A stretch of DNA of 64,000 bases from an uncultured delta proteobacterium (GTDB lineage: Bacteria > Desulfobacterota > Desulfomonilia > UBA1062), in the NCBI GenBank assembly GCA_963752595.1, contig CAVVYZ010000021.1:1-64000 (forward strand), given 5' to 3'. Of this stretch, positions 44,101-52,773 are shown one piece after another. The stretch's first letter is position 1. Every line of letters begins with the position of its first letter. Made by a program: the position numbers and the translations under genes. The notes under the pieces are model-generated. The model was not told the origin of the DNA. It worked only from the letters and a program-made list of their open reading frames with translations, and did not search any database.

Positions 44101-44670
44101 GAGGAGATCTATCACTGCCTGCTTTGCAATGTCCACCTTGGGCTTAACAACAGCGCCCGCCGTGGTATCTTTGAGGTAATTGTAATAGTCTCCGGTGCAC
44201 AGCTCTGTAGGTTGAACTGATCCAGCGGAAATGCATGTGAAAGTATATGGAGATATTGTATTTCGTTTGATATACGCAGATGGAGCAACACCGCTGATAG
44301 TCAATGTCGATATTAAACCGGAACACGAAGTGGAAGAAAGATCTGATAATGTGGCTTGTCCTTTGTCGTTCCCCCATCTATCTTTTTTTCGAAGATTATG
44401 CCAGCCCGTACTGTCCTTGTACAAAAGATCATTCTTCCCTTTAGGATCTGTCGGGTTGTTGTAAGTTATGGCGTTATTATACGGTTCACCTGTGGGAATA
44501 TTATAAGCCATGGATCCCGAGGTATCGAAAATGATCAGGACGTTCGGCGGTACATTGACAACGCCTCCGCTGTAGATTGCTGTATCTTCCGCATGTATAA
44601 AACCGATTCCCAGAACGGTGATGGATAGTACGAGAAAGATTATCCGGGTCACAGTCTCTATTTTTTTCAT
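41173..44670 (-). CDS. pilY1: Type IV pilus tip adhesin PilY1/PilC
   Basis: vWA MIDAS DTSGSM, TPLAE, TDG; beta-propeller GDILHSRP, GANDG.LH, VDGSP, D.NGD...D Ca site, YAGD.GG. Confidence 0.92.
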   Translation of the reverse strand: MKKIETVTRIIFLVLSITVLGIGFIHAEDTAIYSGGVVNVPPNVLIIFDTSGSMAYNIPTGEPYNNAITYNNPTDPKGKNDLLYKDSTGWHNLRKKDRWGNDKGQATLSDLSSTSCSGLISTLTISGVAPSAYIKRNTISPYTFTCISAGSVQPTELCTGDYYNYLKDTTAGAVVKPKVDIAKQAVIDLLDSVTEGSVRFGLMVFRGYGTYNYLSESQQNRGGYIIAPLGSSHETIKNAVGETPQEGIRCWYRYYTDEETPYRKNPYRDSLSDSYPTSSGGTPLAETLAEAGLYFAGGNTWANTSGQTGYPSESNGLGSSGRYTSPIQWRCQKNYIIVVTDGMPTVDDGNGNGANIFTRADYIDSKAIGNYWPSTPRDIDKDNEVNPWAGSCDTCIDNGNIWMDDVSEFLYDVDLINSTSKDQDSGASWNDAAFSPQRIVTYAIGFGSGCNEDFLNHVTNNTHGHGKTFMADEGKALGAALTGIIGEILRNNSNFVAPVVPVSKMNRVYAGNSLYISLFRPEEGPEWKGNLKKLGFSNTGLILDKYGAVADFSSSTKPSTCWSDSSLDGLDVDLGGVGAKLLSLDTRKFYTNLVGISSYLPDATNAFSLDNANISNAALGLGATSTVEDRSNLINFIRAEGVYKPVTGVSKRSWVMGDILHSRPVVMRDGNKNIIFVGANDGFLHCFVDDEGSDYANLSDDTVTEEWCFIPDQILPKLQLLRDSETHPVLVDGSPVLYRTGSNQYLTFGLRRGGNNYFTLKVGAFDASNKYIADGYKTPEYKWNVSDNVLGTPLLGQSWCLPRVSKLKTGSGVTDYEAAIVLAGGYDAANQDLDSPASEDTRGMAIFAVRASDGILLDMLKFTKAKANLSSMTHSIVDLISFDSNGDTFDDKIYAGDMGGQLFALKASKTDGTWSGRKMFQAGGGTASTARMKIFYAPDVATQGYRYSSGSNDMYSVYDHVYIGTGDREHPNETGTDNRFYGIKNKDDTAVITEADTDFIDVTYYSTGYVTPHDVNYVKSNDCDGWFIRLGYELGQHVRPGEKVVSSPIVFDGVVYFTTFVPNSAHGGDLCSTSGLGSGLLYAVKYLTGEAAYNWAGNDGTDEEGNIAPVYDERDRYIHGLDLGSGIPPQPKLTVTSNGPVLIVGPKTILINQMKKVKQFYWIHE

Positions 44671-44712
44671 GACAATACCTCCTTGATGAAGACCGGCGAA
44701 CTTCTTTATTAT

Positions 44713-45162
44713 TTATTCACTTTTCGGGAAGGCTTTCCATACGCCTTTGCGTATCGTTTTGCCGTTGACCGTCGAGCTTATTTCATAGAAATTTGCGTAA
44801 TTGCTTGCCGCACTCGTACCGGAGCTATCCGGCGGATTGCCTGACCTTACCAGAGTGATCGTTACCTTGGCATCATTCACAGGGCCGGTGCCGTTTACGG
44901 ATGCAGAAACATCGGCAGTAGTATTTTCCAATAAGATCAATCCGCTTACGATCGAATCAAATCGTTCTTTGGTCAGCTCGCCTGCAGCTTCACATGCATA
45001 GAAGTCCTGATGGTAAGAACGTTCGTTTCCCGCAATTTTTGTCTCGGTTCTAGTCGACCTCATATAAGTTGTCCCTATGAGGATCATGATCACAAGAATT
45101 AAAAGGACCGGTACCAGAATAGCTCCGTCCTTGTTTTTAAACAAATCAGCCGTCTTATTCAT
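44713..45162 (-). CDS. pilX: Minor pilin PilX-like
   Basis: G^AILV cleavage site lacking E5; E..IAGN......FYACEA. Confidence 0.8.
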   Translation of the reverse strand: MNKTADLFKNKDGAILVPVLLILVIMILIGTTYMRSTRTETKIAGNERSYHQDFYACEAAGELTKERFDSIVSGLILLENTTADVSASVNGTGPVNDAKVTITLVRSGNPPDSSGTSAASNYANFYEISSTVNGKTIRKGVWKAFPKSE

Positions 45163-45183
45163 TACCCAGTCCCTTTATTAGGT

Positions 45184-45624
45184 TTATTCCGGTCCTTTAA
45201 AAAATGAAAAGGAAACACTGTGCGGAATATTCTTTTCGTTCCATGTTACCTGTACATCAATCTGTCGAGAATCTGTTGCTGCTATCTGGCTGACCGACCA
45301 TGCGGACGAGTATTCCGTGTGGCCGTATATCGCACTGGGCGAGTTGAACGTCGAAGTGGCGGTCAGAGGTTCTGTTCCTCCCAAAGAGTTGCTGGTCAAA
45401 GGCAAACCCATGAGCCTCTCAATCGTATTCTTCGCGACACTATTGGCCTCGGTCAATTGCATACTGAAAGCATTTGCTTGAACAGCCATGGTCTGCATTT
45501 TACTGATGCCGATGATGCCTATGGCAAAGATAAGGACTGCAACGAGCAGTTCAACAAGAGTGAAGCCTTGCCGGGTGCCGATCAATACATTAGCCTTTAA
45601 AAATATGGACCGTCTCATTTTCAA
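45184..45624 (-). CDS. pilV: Minor pilin PilV-like
   Basis: QG^FTLVELLVA..IFAIG. Confidence 0.82.
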   Translation of the reverse strand: MKMRRSIFLKANVLIGTRQGFTLVELLVAVLIFAIGIIGISKMQTMAVQANAFSMQLTEANSVAKNTIERLMGLPLTSNSLGGTEPLTATSTFNSPSAIYGHTEYSSAWSVSQIAATDSRQIDVQVTWNEKNIPHSVSFSFFKGPE

Positions 45625-46193
45625 GCCTTTATGTTCCTGTATTTAATCCGTCTGGTCAGCTCCCTTGCAGATTCTCCATTCGGACTCAACATATTGATAT
45701 TAATTATAATATATCTAATATCCGCAATGGTGGTAGTGGCATTACCATCCTCATCCTGGTATGTGAATTGAAGATTGGTGACATTCCTTGCAAGCGGTTC
45801 CCCATTTCTCCTCAATTCTCCTGCGGCCAAGTCATAGTCAACCTGCTCCGTTGCCGCATCGAGAACTCCGTTTGCATTGAGATCAGAGGTAATTCTTACT
45901 GTCACTGTTGTGGATGATGCCAAAGGACCCTGAATTCCAAAAACAGTACTGATAGGGCTATTCGTGAATAAAGGATCACACCCTGCATTGAGTATATCCT
46001 TTTCAACAATGCCTATTACGGCCCTCAGATCCTGTTGTATGGCAATAACCTGATGCAGCTCGTTGCTCGTTTCACTCTGAACCTGGCTTGAAAGGTACAC
46101 CGCGGCCATAAGTAACAATGACAGCGCCATAACAATCATGAGTTCGATGAGAGTGAGACCGGCAGTATCCTTTAATAGGTCCCTACATTTCAT
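45621..46193 (-). CDS. pilW: Minor pilin PilW-like
   Basis: AG^LTLIELMI, QQDLR.....DI..AG. Confidence 0.82.
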   Translation of the reverse strand: MKCRDLLKDTAGLTLIELMIVMALSLLLMAAVYLSSQVQSETSNELHQVIAIQQDLRAVIGIVEKDILNAGCDPLFTNSPISTVFGIQGPLASSTTVTVRITSDLNANGVLDAATEQVDYDLAAGELRRNGEPLARNVTNLQFTYQDEDGNATTTIADIRYIIININMLSPNGESARELTRRIKYRNIKA

Positions 46194-46642
46194 TGAATTC
46201 GAACACTCCCCCCAAGGGTTAGGGATATTGTCCTCGTGTTGTTTGCACTGGATGCTTTCGTGCTTGTCAGCACAACCTCCCCCTGCTCCAGAGCGAATCC
46301 CCTGTTGGTATACCCTGTTTCATCATCGTCAAATGTTGTCGTAATAGTAATCCCGTCAGGCATTGCAGTCTGTGGCATAATGGGAACGCCGCCGGTACTC
46401 ACTGTGTAAGCATTTCCTCCGGTAAAAACGATGTCGATATCACCGTTCCTTCTGATCGCCTCGCTCCTTGCCTGCTGAAAATTGGACATCAGGGTTCTTG
46501 CTGCCGAGTCAAGGTCTTTCGTTCCTGACCATCCCCCCATATTCGGTATGGCCACAGCGGCGAGGATTCCTATGATCACAACAACCATCATGAGTTCCAG
46601 AAGAGAGAACCCTTCTCTGTTGAACAGCTTCATTGCCTTCAT
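46190..46642 (-). CDS. fimT: Minor pilin FimT/FimU (GspH-like)
   Basis: EG^FSLLELM, ARSEAIRR. Confidence 0.8.
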   Translation of the reverse strand: MKAMKLFNREGFSLLELMMVVVIIGILAAVAIPNMGGWSGTKDLDSAARTLMSNFQQARSEAIRRNGDIDIVFTGGNAYTVSTGGVPIMPQTAMPDGITITTTFDDDETGYTNRGFALEQGEVVLTSTKASSANNTRTISLTLGGSVRIQ

Positions 46643-46654
46643 ACCACCTCTTCT

Positions 46655-48976
46655 TTACTCTCGTTGTCCGGTCGCAAATATATTTCTAGTAACATTATCG
46701 GTATCAATCATACCTGACTTAACCTGAAACATATTGTTTTTTTTGGTAATAATGATATTTCCGTCATGATCTGTCCTATATATTGTGATTCTTCTTCCTT
46801 GTAAGCGTTCTATGACCGTCTTATGGGGAAGATGATAGAAATTCTTCGCTCCGACCGATATCACCGCTGCGCGAGGGTTAACTCGATCGAGAAACATGTT
46901 AAGACAGGATCTTTTTGATCCATGGTGCGCAACCCTGATTACATCTGCCGAGATATCCTGATCAAGCCTGCACAGTCTGATCTCTCCAAGTCCTCCTGCA
47001 TCGGCCATAAAGAGCCCTTTCATGCTGCTGTCACGAATCCGTAAAACGACAGATTGTAAATTCAGATCCATTTCCTGTGGGCGTTCCCTCATCTTTTCCG
47101 GCGGGTTGAGAACGTCGATTCTCACACTATCAAGGTACCAGGTATCTCCCAAGCTTACATTTCTTATCGGTATAGACTTTTTTCTTGCAATCCTGGCGAG
47201 AGACTGGAAATCGTTATTCCAATCGGATTCAATGCTTGTCCATACCCTGCTGACAGGGAAACGCTTCATGACGAACGGCAAGCCCCCGATATGATCGGGA
47301 TGAGAATGCGTCACTACCACGAGATCCAGCTTCGTTATCCCTCTTTGAAGCAGGTGCGGCCCGATTATGAACCTGCCTGCATCAGCTCCGGGAAATGAAT
47401 TTCCCGCATCAATGAGGACAGCATTCGGACCTTTGGTAACGAGTGTGCTGTCACCCTGCCCCACGCTGATGAAGTCGAAGCAGAGCGGTCGATTGTTCCT
47501 CGCCATTGTCAAACCCACAGGAATGGCGATGACAAGAAAAGCGCTTGCAATACTCAATAAGGTTTTTCTTGCCGAGGTCTTGGCAAATAATGCAACGACC
47601 AGCCCAAAATAACAGATCATGATCCAGATAATGGGAGGACGGGCTATCGGTTCGAGCGAACCGATACGATCTGAAACTTTGAGGATGAATCCTATTCCTT
47701 CAAAGGCAAGTGAGAGTAGATAAGATGAGAGATGATTCGATATCATCATAGAAAAAATGCCGGCAATGCCAAGGGGCATGATAATAAAGCTGAACAGGGG
47801 TACAAAAACCATATTGGCCGGGATACTGACCAAGGACATAAATCCGAAGAGGTAGATCACGATTGGGGAGGTAAACGCAGTGCTCACAATCGTGATAACA
47901 ATGAATACAAACCATTTCGGAGCGGTTTCCAACTGGTCGCAAGCCCCGATTATCCCAAGGACCGCTGAAAAAGAAAGAAGAAAACTTGCCGAATATAGTG
48001 AGTACGGCAGCAAGAGCAAAATGATTACGCCTGCCATGGAAAAGCTCTCGAGCAGACAAGGCTTTCTCGTTAAAATAAGAGAAATTGCAACACTGCCGGT
48101 CATTATTGCCGACCTAGCCGCAGGAGCTGAATATCCGACAAAAAGGGTATACAAGAGAACGCACGCAAACCCCGCCATGGCGGCGATGAGCGGTGTATCC
48201 ATGCGAAGAAAGGCAGCGGAGGCTGATCGCAGGATCATGAATGCAAGAGAATAGCCCATGATGAAAATTATTCCCATGTTCAGCCCTGATATGGCTATTA
48301 GGTGTGCGACACCCAGTGAAGAAAAATTGTCCCGGAGGGAGTACACGAGACCGGATCGATCGTCCGTAAGTACGGCTTTCAAAATTTCGGCCTCTGCCCG
48401 GGCATACTTGGAAAGAGCTGACGTAACGCGATCCTTGAGCCCATTTGGGGCGATTTCCCCGCTTACTTTTATGTTATTAAAATCCTTCACGTACCCTGAT
48501 ACCGTTATTCCCTCGGACAAAAGGTATTTTTCGTAGTCGAATTCCCCGGGATTCCCGAGTGCTTTTTTGGTTCTCAGGAATATCGGCCCATCAATCCGTG
48601 TGCCCTTCGGAAGATTGCATGCATTCTTTATAACCCGTATCATTGCCCGGCCGCGTATCCGTTTCTGCCCAATCGATACTCCATCGAGGACTACCCGATA
48701 CGAACCCCGCGAAAAACCCGCTTCCTGAACAATTCCCTGTACCCGGTACTCTCCATCAGTAATTACGGCAGTACGAGGAGCGGATAGCACTGCAAGAAAG
48801 CCCAGTAATATTCCAATGATCATATGAACCAGACGTTCTCGACTGAAAAGCATAATGAGGAAAACAGAGCAGAAGATAATAAAGGGAAGGTCCTTCATGA
48901 AGAGAAGGATCCCCATGCACATGGAGGTACATACTACGACAAGCGGCGTTGTTCTTCCCACATCACATAACAGCAT
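46655..48976 (-). CDS. comEC: DNA internalization competence protein ComEC/Rec2
   Basis: NPGEFDY, HLIAISGL, SF.LSF.A, VGQGD, THSHPDHIGG, HHGS, YRTD..G. Confidence 0.95.
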   Translation of the reverse strand: MLLCDVGRTTPLVVVCTSMCMGILLFMKDLPFIIFCSVFLIMLFSRERLVHMIIGILLGFLAVLSAPRTAVITDGEYRVQGIVQEAGFSRGSYRVVLDGVSIGQKRIRGRAMIRVIKNACNLPKGTRIDGPIFLRTKKALGNPGEFDYEKYLLSEGITVSGYVKDFNNIKVSGEIAPNGLKDRVTSALSKYARAEAEILKAVLTDDRSGLVYSLRDNFSSLGVAHLIAISGLNMGIIFIMGYSLAFMILRSASAAFLRMDTPLIAAMAGFACVLLYTLFVGYSAPAARSAIMTGSVAISLILTRKPCLLESFSMAGVIILLLLPYSLYSASFLLSFSAVLGIIGACDQLETAPKWFVFIVITIVSTAFTSPIVIYLFGFMSLVSIPANMVFVPLFSFIIMPLGIAGIFSMMISNHLSSYLLSLAFEGIGFILKVSDRIGSLEPIARPPIIWIMICYFGLVVALFAKTSARKTLLSIASAFLVIAIPVGLTMARNNRPLCFDFISVGQGDSTLVTKGPNAVLIDAGNSFPGADAGRFIIGPHLLQRGITKLDLVVVTHSHPDHIGGLPFVMKRFPVSRVWTSIESDWNNDFQSLARIARKKSIPIRNVSLGDTWYLDSVRIDVLNPPEKMRERPQEMDLNLQSVVLRIRDSSMKGLFMADAGGLGEIRLCRLDQDISADVIRVAHHGSKRSCLNMFLDRVNPRAAVISVGAKNFYHLPHKTVIERLQGRRITIYRTDHDGNIIITKKNNMFQVKSGMIDTDNVTRNIFATGQRE

Positions 48977-49093
48977 AGCAATCCCCCGGTGAGGTGACGA
49001 TCCATACGGTTACCTCACCTGCTCCTGTCAGACAAATGGTGCTGCCACGGATTCATGGCCGGAACTGGTGCATTCCCGGCCTATTGCATGGCT

Positions 49094-50005
49094 CTAAGAA
49101 GTTTTGAGCTTTCCTATGAGATCACGTACCGATAATAACCCTTTATCCTGAAGGTACGTTTCAATGCCCTGTATAATGGAAGAGAAACAGAACGGGTCAC
49201 GAAGCGATGCGCTGCCTATTTCAACAGCCGAAGCACCAGCAAGGAGGAACTGCACAACGTCCTGCCATGAACAGGCTCCCCCGGAGGCAATGATGGGGAT
49301 GCTGACCTTTTTTGACACATCCCATACGATCTTCAGGGACACCGGTTTGATGGCCGGGCCTGACAGGCCTCCGGTGATATTTCCGAGAATCGGCCTCCCC
49401 GTCTGCTCATCGATTGCCATGGCCGGTATGGTGTTTGAGCAGGTCAGGGCATCCGCCCCACCCTCCTGTGCAGCCAGGGCCATTTCGCCGATATCGGTCA
49501 CCATGGGTGAGAGTTTTACAATAAGGGGTTTTTTCGTGGCTGTGCGAACCCGCGAAATGAGCTTTTTCAAGATATCCGGGTGCTTCCCGAATTCCAGACC
49601 CCCTTTTGAGACATTGGGACAGGATACGTTCATCTCGATGGCCGATACCCCTTCTATATCGAGCCGGCGTGCCATGGCTTCATACTCTTCATCTTTTGTC
49701 CCGAAAAAGTTGACGATGACCGGGGTATTATATTTCCTGAGAAACGGTATCTTCTCCGCGATGAACGCATCGACACCGATATTCTCAAGGCCGATCGCAT
49801 TGATGAGCCCGCAGGCCGTCTCATAAACTCGCGGGGTCGGGTTTCCTTCCTTGGGTTTGAGCGAGAGACCCTTGGTCACGATACCACCGAGAATGGAGAG
49901 ATCGAAAAGATTGGAGAATTCCTCTCCGTAGGCAAACGTCCCGGATGCACTCAATATGGGGTTTTTCAAGCAGAGGTCCGGGGTGATCCGTACGGAAGTA
50001 TCCAT
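49094..50005 (-). CDS. pyrD: Dihydroorotate dehydrogenase class 1B catalytic subunit
   Basis: ASGTF, GNPTPR, NAIGLEN, NVSCPN, KLSP, GGLSGPAIKP. Confidence 0.96.
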   Translation of the reverse strand: MDTSVRITPDLCLKNPILSASGTFAYGEEFSNLFDLSILGGIVTKGLSLKPKEGNPTPRVYETACGLINAIGLENIGVDAFIAEKIPFLRKYNTPVIVNFFGTKDEEYEAMARRLDIEGVSAIEMNVSCPNVSKGGLEFGKHPDILKKLISRVRTATKKPLIVKLSPMVTDIGEMALAAQEGGADALTCSNTIPAMAIDEQTGRPILGNITGGLSGPAIKPVSLKIVWDVSKKVSIPIIASGGACSWQDVVQFLLAGASAVEIGSASLRDPFCFSSIIQGIETYLQDKGLLSVRDLIGKLKTS

Positions 50006-50763
50006 CACGAATTCCACCTTATGAGCGCTGCATCGAACACAGGCCCTTGAATACATACCCGCTGATTCCCGGTGACGGTTTTGACGGCACAGGCAGAGCA
50101 GACGCCGAACCCGCATCCCATATATTCTTCAAGGGAAACTTCACAGCGGGCTTCTGCCCTTCGAGCCTGATCGGATATTTTCTTCAGCATGGGATTCGGC
50201 CCGCATGCGCATATAACACAAGGTCTTGTGATCCGAGTTAATAGATCTTCAAGGGCATCGGTCGCAAGACCTTTGCGCCCCAGCGTGCCGTCTTCCGTCG
50301 TTGTCTGCACATCTATGCCTCGAAGCTTTGTCATCCTTGCCCGCAGGGGAAGATCCGACTTTGATCGTGCACCTACGATCATGTGCCCCTTCTTGAGGTG
50401 TTCGGCAAGGGCCATGACAGGAGGAATGCCTGTCCCCCCGGCAATGTAAATCACTTCCTCTTCCGCATAAGGGATCGAAAATCCCTTCCCGAGAGGCCCC
50501 AAGAGGAAGAGTTCATCACCTTTCTTCTTCCTGGACATCTCGATGGTGCCTTTTCCCTTGACCTTATAGAGGAGTTCCAGTTCGTTGGGCTCGTGATGAA
50601 GGATTGCAAGGGGTCTGCGAAGAAACGGCTCGGGTGCGCTTTCGATCTTTACCATAACGAACTGACCGGGAGTAGAGGACGGAAGATCGCATTCCAGGTC
50701 CATGAGATAGGTATCCCGGGCAACCTCCTTATTTGCTTTTACCTTTGCCTTTCTGTCTTTCAT
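50005..50763 (-). CDS. pyrK: Dihydroorotate dehydrogenase electron-transfer subunit
   Basis: PGQFVM, LRRPL, GPLGKGF, CGP..M, MGCGFGVCSAC...C..GPVF. Confidence 0.95.
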   Translation of the reverse strand: MKDRKAKVKANKEVARDTYLMDLECDLPSSTPGQFVMVKIESAPEPFLRRPLAILHHEPNELELLYKVKGKGTIEMSRKKKGDELFLLGPLGKGFSIPYAEEEVIYIAGGTGIPPVMALAEHLKKGHMIVGARSKSDLPLRARMTKLRGIDVQTTTEDGTLGRKGLATDALEDLLTRITRPCVICACGPNPMLKKISDQARRAEARCEVSLEEYMGCGFGVCSACAVKTVTGNQRVCIQGPVFDAALIRWNS

Positions 50764-51215
50764 CGTATCCCTTCTAACTTTTTTACCATGATGGAGGCGT
50801 CTTCCCCGGTATCGCTATAATAGCGCTGCCATGAAAACACATGGGTAAATCCCATGGAAACATAGAGGGCTTGCGCGATGCTGTTCGTCTTCCTCACTTC
50901 GAGAAAAACATACGATTTATTGCTCAATCTGGCAAACGAAATTATCTCATTGACAAGGGCCCTGCTAATGCCTTTCTGCCGGAAATCCGGATGCACCGCA
51001 AGGTTGAGGATATGAACCATCTTTTTCATGACCTGTGCAAAGCAGTATCCCGCTACCTGCCCTTCATAGAGCGCAGTGATGTTATAACATTCCTCATCAG
51101 AGAGTATGGAAAAGAATGTCTGAATATCCCAGGGTGATTGGAACGACAGTCTTTCTATTTCCAGTATCTTATGGATATCTTTCTGTTCGGTCCAGCGGAA
51201 GACTAGAGTGCCCAT
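50760..51215 (-). CDS. rimI: Ribosomal-protein-alanine N-acetyltransferase
   Basis: IE..SF..PW, NLAVHP..R.KG, LEVR..N..A..LY...GF, YY....EDA..M. Confidence 0.9.
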   Translation of the reverse strand: MGTLVFRWTEQKDIHKILEIERLSFQSPWDIQTFFSILSDEECYNITALYEGQVAGYCFAQVMKKMVHILNLAVHPDFRQKGISRALVNEIISFARLSNKSYVFLEVRKTNSIAQALYVSMGFTHVFSWQRYYSDTGEDASIMVKKLEGIR

Positions 51216-51877
51216 GAAATGATCAATACGATGGACATCCCGAGAACAAAAAGGGCGGCATGGGCAGGTCTGGGGATATCCTTTGTAATGAGGCCGGCAA
51301 GACCGATGAGGACGCAGACTGACGGCATCAGCGAGAGGGAAATCTGCACCGGGCTTGGAAGCTTACTCCCGAGCAGGTAGATAGCCATGCACAGAAACCC
51401 GGTGCAGACGCTCATTACGATGAATGCGGCAAAAAAACTGCGGATGAGCGCCTTTGCCATTGCGTGCTCCACGGCATGCTCGGCATTTTCCACATGGCCC
51501 CGAATCAGATCCTGATTCAGGCTTCGGATACGGGTATCCAGGGTCCTGCCGATCAATGAAATTGGAAGGCATACAATAAGTGCGAGCCCTGCTGCAGCGG
51601 CATCGTTCATGTAATGGGCTGCAACAAAGGCTGCAGGTGTTGCGACTGCTGCGCAAAAAGTCTCGTCGTTGGGCAGATAGGCCCCCACCGGAGGTGCATT
51701 GAGCCAGAGAAGTTCGAGAGATGCACCGATAATGAGGCCTATTGCGACATCCCCCAAGATAAATCCTAAAATCGGCGAGAGGATGATGGGCCTGCTGACC
51801 ATAAACTGGAATAGAAACACACGGTCGAGCCAGAGAAGGGCACCGGCGGCAATGCATGGAATGATCGGCAGAATCAT
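51203..51877 (-). CDS. PTS mannose/sorbose-family EIIC
   Basis: SRPI, G.ILGD...G..IGA.LEL, PVGA..P. Confidence 0.85.
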   Translation of the reverse strand: MILPIIPCIAAGALLWLDRVFLFQFMVSRPIILSPILGFILGDVAIGLIIGASLELLWLNAPPVGAYLPNDETFCAAVATPAAFVAAHYMNDAAAAGLALIVCLPISLIGRTLDTRIRSLNQDLIRGHVENAEHAVEHAMAKALIRSFFAAFIVMSVCTGFLCMAIYLLGSKLPSPVQISLSLMPSVCVLIGLAGLITKDIPRPAHAALFVLGMSIVLIISWAL

Positions 51878-52362
51878 GAAACCACCATATCGAGGATTGA
51901 TTTCATGTCTATGAAGCGTTCTCTCGGCACTGACTGGAGGCTCACTTCCACGCCGTTCTCCATAAGCTTTTTCAGCATCGCAAGGTCTTCCTCGTCTACC
52001 CAGACCGAATACGAAAGCTGTCTTGAACCTTCCGTGCTCTTGTTATTCCCGATATTAAGCTTGAGAAAACCGAATCCTTCGCCATACAGCATATATGCAT
52101 CTTTTATCGAGGACACGATTACCAGTGTTCTTTTATCATCCAGTTCATTGTCTTCGACCAGACACTGCGCCTGTGAGAGGGAAACGATCCGCAACATAAT
52201 CCTGTCAGGTATCGCCATAGACATGATGGTCTTCTGAAAATGGTCGCATGCAAGCGCATCGTTGACCACGATAACGCTCTGGGCCTGCAGGTACGGGATC
52301 CAGGATTCCAGTATCTGCCCATGTATGAATCTATCATCAACCCGCACGAGGAGTATGTTCAT
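51874..52362 (-). CDS. PTS mannose/sorbose-family EIIB
   Basis: RVDDRFIHGQ phospho-His motif, LNIGN. Confidence 0.92.
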   Translation of the reverse strand: MNILLVRVDDRFIHGQILESWIPYLQAQSVIVVNDALACDHFQKTIMSMAIPDRIMLRIVSLSQAQCLVEDNELDDKRTLVIVSSIKDAYMLYGEGFGFLKLNIGNNKSTEGSRQLSYSVWVDEEDLAMLKKLMENGVEVSLQSVPRERFIDMKSILDMVVS

Positions 52363-52772
52363 TTTTTTCCTATGGTCGTTGCAAGAATCTCCGAAGCAAT
52401 ATTGATGTTATGGGATCCGTGATCTTTCAATGTTTGGGCCAGTTCCTTAATATTTTTCCCCTCCCGTTTGGTCAATGCGGTAATGACCATGGGAAGATTC
52501 ACGCCCGTAATCACCTCAACCTCATTATCTTCGAGGAAGGAAAGACTGATATTCGAAGGTGTCCCGCCGAACATATCCGTAAGAATGATTACACCGCTGC
52601 CGCTGTTCACTTCCTTGATGGATGTCTTGAGCATTTTCCTGAGCTTATCTACATCACTTCCCTGGCAGAAGGAACATGACTTGAAGGCCTCTGCATGTCC
52701 GACGATCATCTCCGCAGTCTCGGCGAGTGCCTCCGCGAGTCTTCCATGAGCAACAATTATGATGCCGACCAT
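52359..52772 (-). CDS. PTS mannose/fructose-family EIIA
   Basis: AHG, DMFGGTPSN, TGVNLPM. Confidence 0.93.
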   Translation of the reverse strand: MVGIIIVAHGRLAEALAETAEMIVGHAEAFKSCSFCQGSDVDKLRKMLKTSIKEVNSGSGVIILTDMFGGTPSNISLSFLEDNEVEVITGVNLPMVITALTKREGKNIKELAQTLKDHGSHNINIASEILATTIGKK

Positions 52773-52773
52773 C

